From a virus: DNA of 64,000 nucleotides. Below are positions 50,552 to 57,602 of the stretch, one piece after another; position 1 is the stretch's first letter, and every line of letters starts with the position of its first letter. The DNA lies in IMG/VR virus record IMGVR_UViG_3300032235_000911, positions 31,645-95,644 of that record; one strand, 5' to 3'. A model generated the notes under the pieces. The model searched no databases and was not told the origin of the DNA. It saw nothing but the letters and a program-made list of their open reading frames with translations. The translations under genes and the position numbers were made by a program.

Positions 50552-50601
50552 GCGATGTCCTTTCATAGCAATATAAATAGATTATACTGCAAATAAAAGG
50601 C

Positions 50602-50934
50602 TTATTTAATACTCATAAGTATCATGCCAAGAAATACAGCGGCAAGACCAACAAGTCGGTGGGTGCTTAGTTGCTCACCAAGTACAAAAAGAGCAGTTAT
50701 ATACCAACTGGCATGGAAGAAAAAAGTTTGAAATACGCTTGTATAGGTAAGAGAGAAGATATTAGAACGGAGTAGATAGGCGTATGTACTGGCTGTAACA
50801 ATGCTAAATAGGTAACTGGTCCACCAAGGGGACACACCGTCACGAATCCAGCGAGCATTGTGGGCGGCAATATAGCCTGCCGCCATTAAAAGTAGTGCTA
50901 TACCTACCGCTTTGAGCAAATTAGTATGGGTCAT
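50602..50934 (-). CDS. small 4-TM membrane protein, SMR/EamA-like
   Basis: four hydrophobic segments; LGEQLS..RLVGLAAVFLG. Confidence 0.65.
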   Translation of the reverse strand: MTHTNLLKAVGIALLLMAAGYIAAHNARWIRDGVSPWWTSYLFSIVTASTYAYLLRSNIFSLTYTSVFQTFFFHASWYITALFVLGEQLSTHRLVGLAAVFLGMILMSIK

Positions 50935-50970
50935 ATGGGGAGTATAGCACCAACGGTAAAATATTTATAC

Positions 50971-51222
50971 CTATCGCATTGGGCTATCGGGTTGTCCGGT
51001 GCGGGGTTTTGGCTTTTGGCCATCAAGAAGTGCCTGTAGTTTATCGGCAAACTCAGCAATCTCGACTTCATGGCCAGGAAAAGCATCAGTAATTTGACGA
51101 AGAGCCATTATGGCACTGTTGGCTTTAGAAACTTGCTCTGTATCATTGCCTGTTTGGAACTCTTGACCACGATCAAGTTCTTCTAAAATAAGTTTTTTAA
51201 GACTATCCCTGTTTAGTTTCAT
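50971..51222 (-). CDS. hypothetical protein
   Basis: MKLNRDSLKKLILEEL; AGGAG RBS; late-type motif upstream. Confidence 0.7.
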   Translation of the reverse strand: MKLNRDSLKKLILEELDRGQEFQTGNDTEQVSKANSAIMALRQITDAFPGHEVEIAEFADKLQALLDGQKPKPRTGQPDSPMR

Positions 51223-51259
51223 ACTATATAACTCCTATGCTGTATATAAGTAGTGTCTA

Positions 51260-51487
51260 CTATAAACCGCGTGCGAGATAATCAAGAAAAAAGTTGTAGT
51301 CTTCGTCAGAGGACCAGTCCAAACCATCAAGTTCTCCAAGAAAACTTTGTACACGGCCTTCATACATACCGATACCTTCAGCGATACGCCGACCAAGTTG
51401 CCTACGAACAGCCCCTCGATATAGTTGGCGACGATCAAACTGATCAACAATATCCATCACAACTGCAAGTTTACCCTCATCCAGCAT
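51260..51487 (-). CDS. hypothetical protein
   Basis: GGAGG RBS before ATG 51487; TTGCAA-17-TATAGA promoter upstream. Confidence 0.65.
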   Translation of the reverse strand: MLDEGKLAVVMDIVDQFDRRQLYRGAVRRQLGRRIAEGIGMYEGRVQSFLGELDGLDWSSDEDYNFFLDYLARGL

Positions 51488-51608
51488 AGTTATCCTCCAA
51501 GATAGGTAGTCTATACCATAAATAAGTACCGGTTGCAACCATTTTTTCGGCACATTTCCTACGTCGTCCCAAAACTGCCGAAATCTTATATCCCTTTGGC
51601 ACATAGAG

Positions 51609-51692
51609 AGAGAAAAAGTCCTAAATTTTCTTAGAGAATTTGTTCGACGATCCGACAAAAGAGAAAAAGTTTCAAAATTTCTTAGAGAATTT
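51609..51692. repeat. two imperfect 33-bp direct repeats at the arm divergence point
   Basis: AGAGAAAAAGTcctaaatTTTCTTAGAGAATTT (51609-51641) and AGAGAAAAAGTttcaaaaTTTCTTAGAGAATTT (51660-51692). Confidence 0.75.
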
Positions 51693-51830
51693 ATGCTTCG
51701 GCTATGCTTATAACGCCGTAAAAGACTTTCTCGCAGTAAGTGATTTAGCCCTTATCCCTCCACCCCTGCCTCCCCCTCCCCCCCTGCGTCAAATAAAAAA
51801 CAAAGTCAAGCTCAAAAAGGGGGAACAAAA

Positions 51831-51874
51831 AATAAAGGCCGTGCAAGGGACCGGCCCCTGCTGACCACCAAAAA
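51831..51874 (+). repeat. cassette-boundary palindrome copy 1 (right half only)
   Basis: core GGGACCGGCCCC 51847-51858, right arm CCACCAAAAA; TTGCAT 23 nt after the core. Confidence 0.8.
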
Positions 51875-51881
51875 TAAAACT

Positions 51882-51933
51882 TTGCATGGGGACGGGAAGT
51901 GTGGGATAAGACTCTCACGCCGCACGGTGCGGC
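51882..51933 (+). promoter_or_regulatory. sigma70-type promoter plus leader hairpin
   Basis: TTGCAT-17-GATAAG; GCCGC-ACGGT-GCGGC. Confidence 0.65.
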
Positions 51934-51946
51934 AAGGAGACAGGCG

Positions 51947-52183
51947 ATGAAGATTGATTCCCGCGAAGTGTATGGCGACGACGACGTGCGTGTTGACTGC
52001 GACTGCAACGCGGACAAGGCGTGCAACGAGTGCGTCGACGGTGGACTCTACGAAGGTGGGCAGTTGCCCCCGCCGCCTCCGTTCATCCTGCTTGACTCCC
52101 CCTTGACACCCGATGAGGCACGCGCTATGCACGCCCTCATGCACTGCGAAGACGAACAGCTCTGCACCTTCTGCAACCAGTAA
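51947..52183 (+). CDS. small Cys-rich acidic protein
   Basis: AAGGAG RBS; CDC..CNEC..HC..CTFC. Confidence 0.7.
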   Translation: MKIDSREVYGDDDVRVDCDCNADKACNECVDGGLYEGGQLPPPPPFILLDSPLTPDEARAMHALMHCEDEQLCTFCNQ

Positions 52184-52201
52184 CAGGAAAGGATAAAACA
52201 A

Positions 52202-52390
52202 ATGGCGAACGAACCGAAGTGCGGTGGCAGTCATACAAAGTACGACGGGTCATGGTGGGACAGGGATAGCCGTGGAATAGAAACGGCTCGCGTATGCGAT
52301 GAATGTATTGACGCTAAGCGAGCAAAGTATCGTCCAGGAATCTTTTGTAACCCAGACTACTGGACAGACGAGCAGGTTGACGGCGACTAA
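52202..52390 (+). CDS. small CxxC protein whose 3' half is duplicated beyond the HNH gene
   Basis: 62 aa; AAGGA RBS; DSRGIETARVCDEC..KYRP. Confidence 0.75.
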   Translation: MANEPKCGGSHTKYDGSWWDRDSRGIETARVCDECIDAKRAKYRPGIFCNPDYWTDEQVDGD

Positions 52391-53109
52391 CCAGAGTGTC
52401 TATTTCCTTTTTTAATATTATCTACAGCCGATAGCGGTTGAAGGTTATCCAACCCCCAGCAGAGGCGAAAGGCATCATCTGCTGGGGTTTCATATGCAAA
52501 CCAAGACTTTGGCTTTATATGGTCAACGTGCCAATATGTCCCATAGTTATCCCAAGTCATACCCTCCTTTAATAAAGGCTCAAGATGGGCAACCAGTTGT
52601 TCAAGACTATAGCCGACAAGTTCTTCCCAAGAGCGACCGCCTTTACTTTCCTTGAGAGATTTCCACAGCGCAGTCCCGATAGCATGATCTAGTTTGCTCT
52701 GAGGATTGTTCTTTCTTTTTTCCCTTGAATGTTTTTGTGCCTCTGCAAGCCGCCCAGACTCTTTGTATTTCTGGTTTGCCTTTGCTAACGCTCCACTCTC
52801 TTTATATTTTTTCAAGTATTCTTTTCGTTTTTCTTTGTATTCAGAGGTTTGCGCTCTAGCTTTCCTTTTTTCTTTATATCCCTCAGTTTGATAATATGTT
52901 TTACCATACTCCCTCTTTTGCTCTTTGTAATGTAGTGCCGCCTCTCTTATCTTTTTTTGTTCTTTATAGTGCAATGTCTGCCTTTGCGCTTTAAGCTTTT
53001 GTTTAATACATTCTTTGCATAATGTGCTCAGCCCGTCCGACTTATTCTGGTCTTTATAATATTCATTAGCGTTCTTGTCCGCCTTGCATTTATTGCATAT
53101 TTTGTTCAT
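52387..53109 (-). CDS. HNH homing endonuclease
   Basis: KICNKC..CKEC, MTWDNYG..WHVDHIKP..NLQPL..DNIKK; AT-rich, opposite strand to neighbours. Confidence 0.9.
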   Translation of the reverse strand: MNKICNKCKADKNANEYYKDQNKSDGLSTLCKECIKQKLKAQRQTLHYKEQKKIREAALHYKEQKREYGKTYYQTEGYKEKRKARAQTSEYKEKRKEYLKKYKESGALAKANQKYKESGRLAEAQKHSREKRKNNPQSKLDHAIGTALWKSLKESKGGRSWEELVGYSLEQLVAHLEPLLKEGMTWDNYGTYWHVDHIKPKSWFAYETPADDAFRLCWGLDNLQPLSAVDNIKKGNRHSG

Positions 53110-53185
53110 ATTGTTCCCTTTGCGGAATGCCGCGTGTATCGTTCATTATAACTAGTTTCTTTATTTGTTTAAACCATATTTATTT

Positions 53186-53320
53186 GACGCCCGTGGTATC
53201 CCGCTTGCCCGTGTGTGTATGGAATGCATCAACGTGAAGCTGGCAAAGTATCGGCCCGAAGTGTTGACCAACAGTAACTATGACTTGATGGATTGTCCCC
53301 TTGATGAGGATAGGTGGTAA
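53186..53320 (+). pseudogene. orphan 3' half paralogous to 52202-52390
   Basis: reads DARGIPLARVCMECINVKLAKYRPEVLTNSNY..*; no RBS or ATG; in-frame TAG at 53153. Confidence 0.75.
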
Positions 53321-53321
53321 C

Positions 53322-53594
53322 ATGAGCAATGATATCATTGATGTCCCATTCGTCAACCTAACCGAGAAGCGCATCAAGTGGGCAGGGTTGCGGGTTACTC
53401 TACCGTTCGTCGCGTTCCTGTTTGGGTTCCTTATCATCCCCGTCGCTGCGACCTGTATGGGGGAAGCGCCGCAACTCATGACTGATATCTATGACCGTGG
53501 GGCTTTTATCTGTGGGGTATTCAGCGTGCTGGGTCTTGCCTTTGCTCTTGGTACATATATATTCGCCCTGTGGTATAGCAGCCGCTACGAATAA
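53322..53594 (+). CDS. 2-TM membrane protein
   Basis: AGGTGG RBS; two hydrophobic helices. Confidence 0.75.
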   Translation: MSNDIIDVPFVNLTEKRIKWAGLRVTLPFVAFLFGFLIIPVAATCMGEAPQLMTDIYDRGAFICGVFSVLGLAFALGTYIFALWYSSRYE

Positions 53595-53612
53595 TGATAG
53601 CCCCGCCCTGCC

Positions 53613-53656
53613 AATATGGGGGGCAAAGGGGGCCGGCCCCTGCTGACCACTGAAAA
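53613..53656 (+). repeat. cassette-boundary palindrome copy 2
   Basis: core GGGGCCGGCCCC 53629-53640. Confidence 0.9.
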
Positions 53657-53662
53657 AAGAAG

Positions 53663-53716
53663 TTGCCCATCCTGCCCCACCCCTGTATAAAGACACCATC
53701 AGCGGCACGGAGCCGC
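53663..53716 (+). promoter_or_regulatory. sigma70-type promoter plus ANGGA leader hairpin
   Basis: TTGCCC-17-TATAAA; GCGGC-ACGGA-GCCGC. Confidence 0.75.
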
Positions 53717-53729
53717 AGGGAGAAGAAGG

Positions 53730-53816
53730 ATGCACAAGCCCAGCAAGTTGACCTTGACAGACATTCTCGGCTGCACTATGTTTATGGCGTTCTTCATCTC
53801 GCTGCTTTTCCTCTAG
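53730..53816 (+). CDS. 28-aa hydrophobic peptide
   Basis: MHKPSKLTLTDILGCTMFMAFFISLLFL; GGGAG RBS. Confidence 0.65.
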   Translation: MHKPSKLTLTDILGCTMFMAFFISLLFL

Positions 53817-53824
53817 GAGTCACC

Positions 53825-53896
53825 ATGCGCCGGTCCACGTTCCTCTCCATTCTTTATGTCACCCTCGTTGTCGGCGGTGCCTACCTTTTCACCTAA
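53825..53896 (+). CDS. 23-aa hydrophobic peptide
   Basis: MRRSTFLSILYVTLVVGGAYLFT; AGGAG RBS. Confidence 0.65.
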   Translation: MRRSTFLSILYVTLVVGGAYLFT

Positions 53897-53914
53897 TACC
53901 CGAAAGGAACTCCC

Positions 53915-53989
53915 ATGTTTCCCTACGCAATGGCAGCAGTTTGGGTCGTTACCGCAATCTTCAGCCTTTCACAGAATGGAGCAGAGTAA
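53915..53989 (+). CDS. 24-aa hydrophobic peptide
   Basis: MFPYAMAAVWVVTAIFSLSQNGAE; AAGGA RBS. Confidence 0.6.
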   Translation: MFPYAMAAVWVVTAIFSLSQNGAE

Positions 53990-54102
53990 TGATTCGCTCA
54001 ATCAAGCGATTCTTTGGCATCCCGCCTAATGTGTACGACCTTCCCTATCAGCAGCGCGTCTATATTGTCGCGCTTTCAACCGCAGTTCAGCGCATTAAAT
54101 AG
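53989..54102 (+). CDS. 37-aa peptide
   Basis: MIRSIKRFFGIPPNVYDLPYQQRVYIVALSTAVQRIK; GGAG RBS; TAATG coupling. Confidence 0.6.
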   Translation: MIRSIKRFFGIPPNVYDLPYQQRVYIVALSTAVQRIK

Positions 54103-54206
54103 GTTCTTTATATTTATTGCCTTTTATTATATTTTCTTTTGCCTCTGCCGCCTAATACTGGCATAACCACCCTGCCTCAATCACGAGGCTACGAAAGGGT
54201 CCGCTA

Positions 54207-54431
54207 ATGGGTAAAAAGAAGCAGGAGATTGCCCCTGTTCATCAACGAATCTTGAATCTTTACAAGGCTTTTACCCTTGTCAATGGTTATCAGCCCTCAT
54301 ATGTTCAAGTTGGGCAAGTTCTGAACATCAGCGGCGCGGCTGTTGGCAACCATATTCGGCAGATGGAACGGGCTGGTCTCGTTCGTCGTCCGCCGGAGAA
54401 GTGGGGCCGAGGTCTGACCCTCCTTCGTTAG
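54207..54431 (+). CDS. stand-alone LexA-like winged-helix DNA-binding domain
   Basis: QRIL..NGYQPSYVQVG..LNISGAAVGNHIRQMERAGLVRR..RGL; TTGCCT-17-CATAAC promoter upstream. Confidence 0.75.
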   Translation: MGKKKQEIAPVHQRILNLYKAFTLVNGYQPSYVQVGQVLNISGAAVGNHIRQMERAGLVRRPPEKWGRGLTLLR

Positions 54432-54450
54432 AGTAAGTCCCCGCCCAGCC

Positions 54451-54494
54451 TTTTTGGTGGGCAAACGGGGCCGGCCCTGCTCAACCACCAAAAA
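54451..54494 (+). repeat. cassette-boundary palindrome copy 3
   Basis: TTTTTGGTGG-N6-GGGGCCGGCCCT-N6-CCACCAAAAA (perfect 10-bp outer arms). Confidence 0.9.
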
Positions 54495-54500
54495 TAAAAG

Positions 54501-54557
54501 TTGCACGCTGCCCGTCAATCGGGGTATAAAGTCTTTCATACGGTGGATGGACCGCCG
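54501..54557 (+). promoter_or_regulatory. sigma70-type promoter plus ANGGA leader hairpin
   Basis: TTGCAC-18-TATAAA; CGGTGG-ATGGA-CCGCCG. Confidence 0.75.
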
Positions 54558-54569
54558 AGGAGACTGCCG

Positions 54570-54773
54570 ATGAGCGACAAGAAGTTGATTCCTAACCATT
54601 CAATGATTGACTATCGGCGTGGCGAGTATGCCGATGCTGTCACGCGTCTCCTCACAAATCTCGAATACGATAACAATCGTAAGAACCTTCCTCCCTACCT
54701 TCTCGAGATTGTAGATGATGCACTCGCAAAGCGTAAAGCGTGGATGAACGAGCCGCTCTATCGTGAGGGGTAA
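54570..54773 (+). CDS. hypothetical protein
   Basis: GAGGAG RBS; MSDKKLIPNH... Confidence 0.75.
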   Translation: MSDKKLIPNHSMIDYRRGEYADAVTRLLTNLEYDNNRKNLPPYLLEIVDDALAKRKAWMNEPLYREG

Positions 54774-54780
54774 ATAAAAG

Positions 54781-54830
54781 TTGCACGCTGGCAGGAAGTG
54801 TGAGATAACGCCTCTGCCCGATGGACGGGC
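54781..54830 (+). promoter_or_regulatory. sigma70-type promoter plus ANGGA leader hairpin
   Basis: TTGCAC-17-GATAAC; GCCCG-ATGGA-CGGGC. Confidence 0.7.
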
Positions 54831-54844
54831 AACGGAGACAGACG

Positions 54845-55099
54845 ATGGAAACGCCCAGCCGCCCCAATGCTCACATTCTTGACCTTTCAAACACGCTTGC
54901 CAACTGCCGTCCCATTGTTTCGCGTGATTGGCGGATTGTCAACGGTAAGGTCCACCTCATTACGGTTGTTCGCGATGGTCGCCCAGGCGTAGGAGCCTAT
55001 GAGGCAATCATCGTGAATGAAACGCAGTCCTGCCAGACTTGGGGAAAGAACGCTCGCACCCTGCTCGCCGCTGCCAAGCGTCGCGCTGGCACCCTGTAA
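54845..55099 (+). CDS. hypothetical protein
   Basis: GGAG RBS; METPSRPNAH... Confidence 0.75.
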   Translation: METPSRPNAHILDLSNTLANCRPIVSRDWRIVNGKVHLITVVRDGRPGVGAYEAIIVNETQSCQTWGKNARTLLAAAKRRAGTL

Positions 55100-55106
55100 A
55101 ATGTGC

Positions 55107-55161
55107 TTGCATCCCGTTAAGCAGTCTGCTAAATAGTCTCAACATGCTGCATGGAGCAGCA
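55107..55161 (+). promoter_or_regulatory. sigma70-type promoter plus ANGGA leader hairpin
   Basis: TTGCAT-17(TGn)-TAAATA; TGCTGC-ATGGA-GCAGCA. Confidence 0.65.
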
Positions 55162-55172
55162 GGAGAACGTCA

Positions 55173-55481
55173 ATGACCGTCGAGAGCAACAAGTTTTTTG
55201 CCCCTGTCAACTGCGCGATTATCAAGGATGGGGACGGTACAAAGCGTCACGCTGAGTTCGTCTATGCAAAGGACATTCCGACTGAGTTCCTGCCCGATGG
55301 TCTGAACAGTCTTGAACTGGAGAACAAGCGGCACCCGTGGAATGTGAATGGTCTGGCGTGGGATATGAGCGTCAATGCTTGGCGCAATATGAAGAACGCC
55401 GAGAATGTCAAGTCCTCGCTTGAACTGTTCACCTATTACAACCTGCCTGACAAGATGTATTCCTGCTGGCGGGAGGGGTAA
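55173..55481 (+). CDS. hypothetical protein
   Basis: 102 aa; AGGAG RBS. Confidence 0.75.
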   Translation: MTVESNKFFAPVNCAIIKDGDGTKRHAEFVYAKDIPTEFLPDGLNSLELENKRHPWNVNGLAWDMSVNAWRNMKNAENVKSSLELFTYYNLPDKMYSCWREG

Positions 55482-55484
55482 CAT

Positions 55485-55694
55485 ATGAGCAAACTGACGG
55501 CAAGGCAGAACGAAACCCTCCAAGTTATCAAAGCACATATCAAAAAGAATGGTTATCCTCCGACCATTCGTGAGATTGGTGCGGCGATGGGTATTGTTTC
55601 GCCCAATGGGGTTGCTGAACACTTGGACCACTTGGAAGGCAAGGGCTACATATCCCGCAATCATAGAATATCACGAGCAATCGTCGTACTATGA
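55485..55694 (+). CDS. stand-alone LexA N-terminal DNA-binding domain
   Basis: LTARQ..GYPPTIREIGAAMGIVSPNGVAEHLDHLEGKGYISR..SRAI; no peptidase S24 domain. Confidence 0.9.
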   Translation: MSKLTARQNETLQVIKAHIKKNGYPPTIREIGAAMGIVSPNGVAEHLDHLEGKGYISRNHRISRAIVVL

Positions 55695-55712
55695 TTGAAA
55701 CCCCGCCCCGCC

Positions 55713-55756
55713 TTTTTGGGGGGCAAAGGGGGCCGGCCCCTGCCAGCCACTGAATA
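55713..55756 (+). repeat. cassette-boundary palindrome copy 4
   Basis: core GGGGCCGGCCCC 55729-55740. Confidence 0.9.
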
Positions 55757-55762
55757 TTTTAT

Positions 55763-55815
55763 TTGTCACCGGCACGGACTCCCGCTATAACGGTTTCACG
55801 GTCGATGAACGACCG
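55763..55815 (+). promoter_or_regulatory. sigma70-type promoter plus leader hairpin
   Basis: TTGTCA-17-TATAAC; CGGTCG-ATGAA-CGACCG. Confidence 0.75.
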
Positions 55816-55828
55816 ATGGAGACAGAAG

Positions 55829-56146
55829 ATGCCGAAGTTGACCAGCAACCGCGCCGCCGCTGCACTCACCCACGGTCGCAAGTTCAGCAGCAAGAACACG
55901 AAGGTCGATTCATCCGGCCTTTACCTCTTCGGCAATCATATTGCCCGCGACGCTGGTGAGGGCCATGTTGCAATCACCAACCGTGGGCATTTCACCCTTA
56001 CCACGAAGGACCGGCTGAACGCCATTCCTAATGTTTCAATCTATCAGAAGAACTATCAATGGTTCTTGAATGATAAGGCGTGGGACGGTGAGTGGGTTAT
56101 TGTTGCGCCCGATGGTACGTGGGCACCCGAAGTCAAGATTTGGTAA
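55829..56146 (+). CDS. hypothetical phage early protein
   Basis: GGAG RBS; LFGNHIA..TLTTKDRLN..QKNYQW. Confidence 0.8.
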   Translation: MPKLTSNRAAAALTHGRKFSSKNTKVDSSGLYLFGNHIARDAGEGHVAITNRGHFTLTTKDRLNAIPNVSIYQKNYQWFLNDKAWDGEWVIVAPDGTWAPEVKIW

Positions 56147-56170
56147 TAGAGTAAACCCCGCCCCCACCGA

Positions 56171-56214
56171 TATTTGGTGGGCAAGCGGGGCCGGCCCCTT
56201 CTGACCCCTACTTT
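56171..56214. repeat. cassette-boundary palindrome copy 5 (convergent junction, no promoter)
   Basis: core GGGGCCGGCCCC 56187-56198, hairpins on both sides. Confidence 0.9.
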
Positions 56215-56231
56215 TGGGGTCGGGCTACATT

Positions 56232-56300
56232 CTATCGCCAGTTTAGAATGATACCGGCACCGGCAACAAATGCAGCAAAGAATGACATAACAAGTGGCAT
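56232..56300 (-). CDS. 22-aa hydrophobic peptide
   Basis: MPLVMSFFAAFVAGAGIILNWR; AGGAG RBS. Confidence 0.6.
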   Translation of the reverse strand: MPLVMSFFAAFVAGAGIILNWR

Positions 56301-56308
56301 CAAATCTC

Positions 56309-56389
56309 CTATCGACAGAGGAATCGTACAACCCCCACCGTCGTCACAAGCACAGTGGGGAGGAACGCACCAACAAGGAAATAAATCAT
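56309..56389 (-). CDS. 26-aa hydrophobic peptide
   Basis: MIYFLVGAFLPTVLVTTVGVVRFLCR; GGAG RBS. Confidence 0.55.
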   Translation of the reverse strand: MIYFLVGAFLPTVLVTTVGVVRFLCR

Positions 56390-56472
56390 TAGTGCAGGAC
56401 TCCACCGTTATTGCGGTATTCTTCAAGGCTGATGATATCTGCTTCCGTTGCCGGTCGGGGAGGCGGTTCGGA

Positions 56473-56703
56473 CTACAAGCCAGCAGCAAGAAGCGTTTCA
56501 TGAACGAACTGGGTAAGAATACCCGTCAGCGTTGCAACATCATTCATACAGGCAGCGGCAAACCCGTCCTTCTGGACCTGCTCAATGTCGCCAGCGTTAA
56601 CAGCGGTGTAATCGTCCACAACCTCTGCAACCCGCTCCGAGAACTGGGTAAGGTGGCCAAGCAGCGTCATCTGGACTTCTTCCTTTGTCAACTTGTCACT
56701 CAT
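56473..56703 (-). CDS. hypothetical helical protein
   Basis: GGAG RBS; MSDKLTKEEVQ... Confidence 0.7.
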   Translation of the reverse strand: MSDKLTKEEVQMTLLGHLTQFSERVAEVVDDYTAVNAGDIEQVQKDGFAAACMNDVATLTGILTQFVHETLLAAGL

Positions 56704-56704
56704 G

Positions 56705-56788
56705 TTACTCTCCGATGCTGGCAAGTGCCAGCGTTGAAATGAACCCTACCACAAGGAAGGTGAGACTGTCAAACACGAACTGCACCAC
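56705..56788 (-). CDS. 27-aa hydrophobic peptide
   Basis: GTG start; MVQFVFDSLTFLVVGFISTLALASIGE; AGGAGG RBS; TTGGCA-17-TAAGTT promoter upstream. Confidence 0.6.
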   Translation of the reverse strand: MVQFVFDSLTFLVVGFISTLALASIGE

Positions 56789-56845
56789 CTCTTGCCTCCT
56801 GAGTGAGCGTAACTTACAGCATCCCCATGCCCCTGCCAACTGTTT

Positions 56846-56889
56846 TTTTTGGTGGTTGACGGGGGCCGGCCCCTCTGCCCCCCTACTTC
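56846..56889 (-). repeat. cassette-boundary palindrome copy 6
   Basis: core 56862-56873; TTGGCA 22 nt from the core on the minus strand. Confidence 0.9.
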
Positions 56890-56911
56890 TGGGCGGGCGT
56901 CGGGACTAGGT

Positions 56912-57589
56912 CTATCCGAAGAACTTTTCCTGCGCCGTCGTCAGATTCCGGCCACCGTGATACACCAGCCCGATTGCGATATCGCCTTCAATGGCGGGGA
57001 TATCATTCACATTGCCGTCAATGTAGAACGCCGCCTGTCGGGCCTCATCATTCGAGAATATGCGCGAATGGGGCTTGCCAAGGTTCACAAGGTTGTCGTA
57101 CTTACCGCCCAATGACTGCGTGATTCGCAGGTTCGCAGGGGCAACCGATAGGTCAAGGTGGAGACTCTTAGTGTATGCGTAGAAGATAACATCGGGGTAT
57201 GCACGGGCAACCTTGCACCATGCGTCAAGGTAGCTCTGGGAATAGAAGTCACCGGCATCATGCAACCGGACGACATTGTACGGCTTACGCTTGCGGGGTG
57301 TCTTGACAACCAGCGCGGCAAGGTCCGCGATGATAAGGTCCGCGAAGTCCGACCGCTGCGAAAGCGTCAGGTTGTGGTGACGCGCCGCGACAACATTCTT
57401 GAAACGATAGGTTCCCTGCTTTGCATAGCAGACACCGCGACAAGCCAGCGCGGCGGGGCAAGTGTTCATCTTCTCGCCGTTCATGGTAAAGTCTACATCG
57501 GCAGGAAGCCCGAAGCCGACGACGCGATACTCGCCGCCCGAAGTCTTCAACAGCTTTGCGTTGCCTTCCGTCCAAACCGCGTTCGCCAT
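56912..57589 (-). CDS. Gp88-like protein (radical-SAM-like Cys motif)
   Basis: GNAKL, TCPAALACRGVCYA, RLHDAGDF, YAYTKS. Confidence 0.8.
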   Translation of the reverse strand: MANAVWTEGNAKLLKTSGGEYRVVGFGLPADVDFTMNGEKMNTCPAALACRGVCYAKQGTYRFKNVVAARHHNLTLSQRSDFADLIIADLAALVVKTPRKRKPYNVVRLHDAGDFYSQSYLDAWCKVARAYPDVIFYAYTKSLHLDLSVAPANLRITQSLGGKYDNLVNLGKPHSRIFSNDEARQAAFYIDGNVNDIPAIEGDIAIGLVYHGGRNLTTAQEKFFG

Positions 57590-57602
57590 CGTCGTTCTCC
57601 AT

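Noticed and set aside
1651-50596. Short plus-strand ORFs inside the minus-strand operons
   Set aside because: They are antisense to long coupled genes and show no motifs; only the HNH at 45137-45673 is supported.
125-51487. Alternative genetic code
   Set aside because: ORFs tile densely under the standard code, with TAA, TAG and TGA all used as stops; no suppressor tRNA was found.
51609-51692. 33-bp repeats as a mini-CRISPR
   Set aside because: Only two imperfect copies with an 18-nt gap, too short for a spacer.
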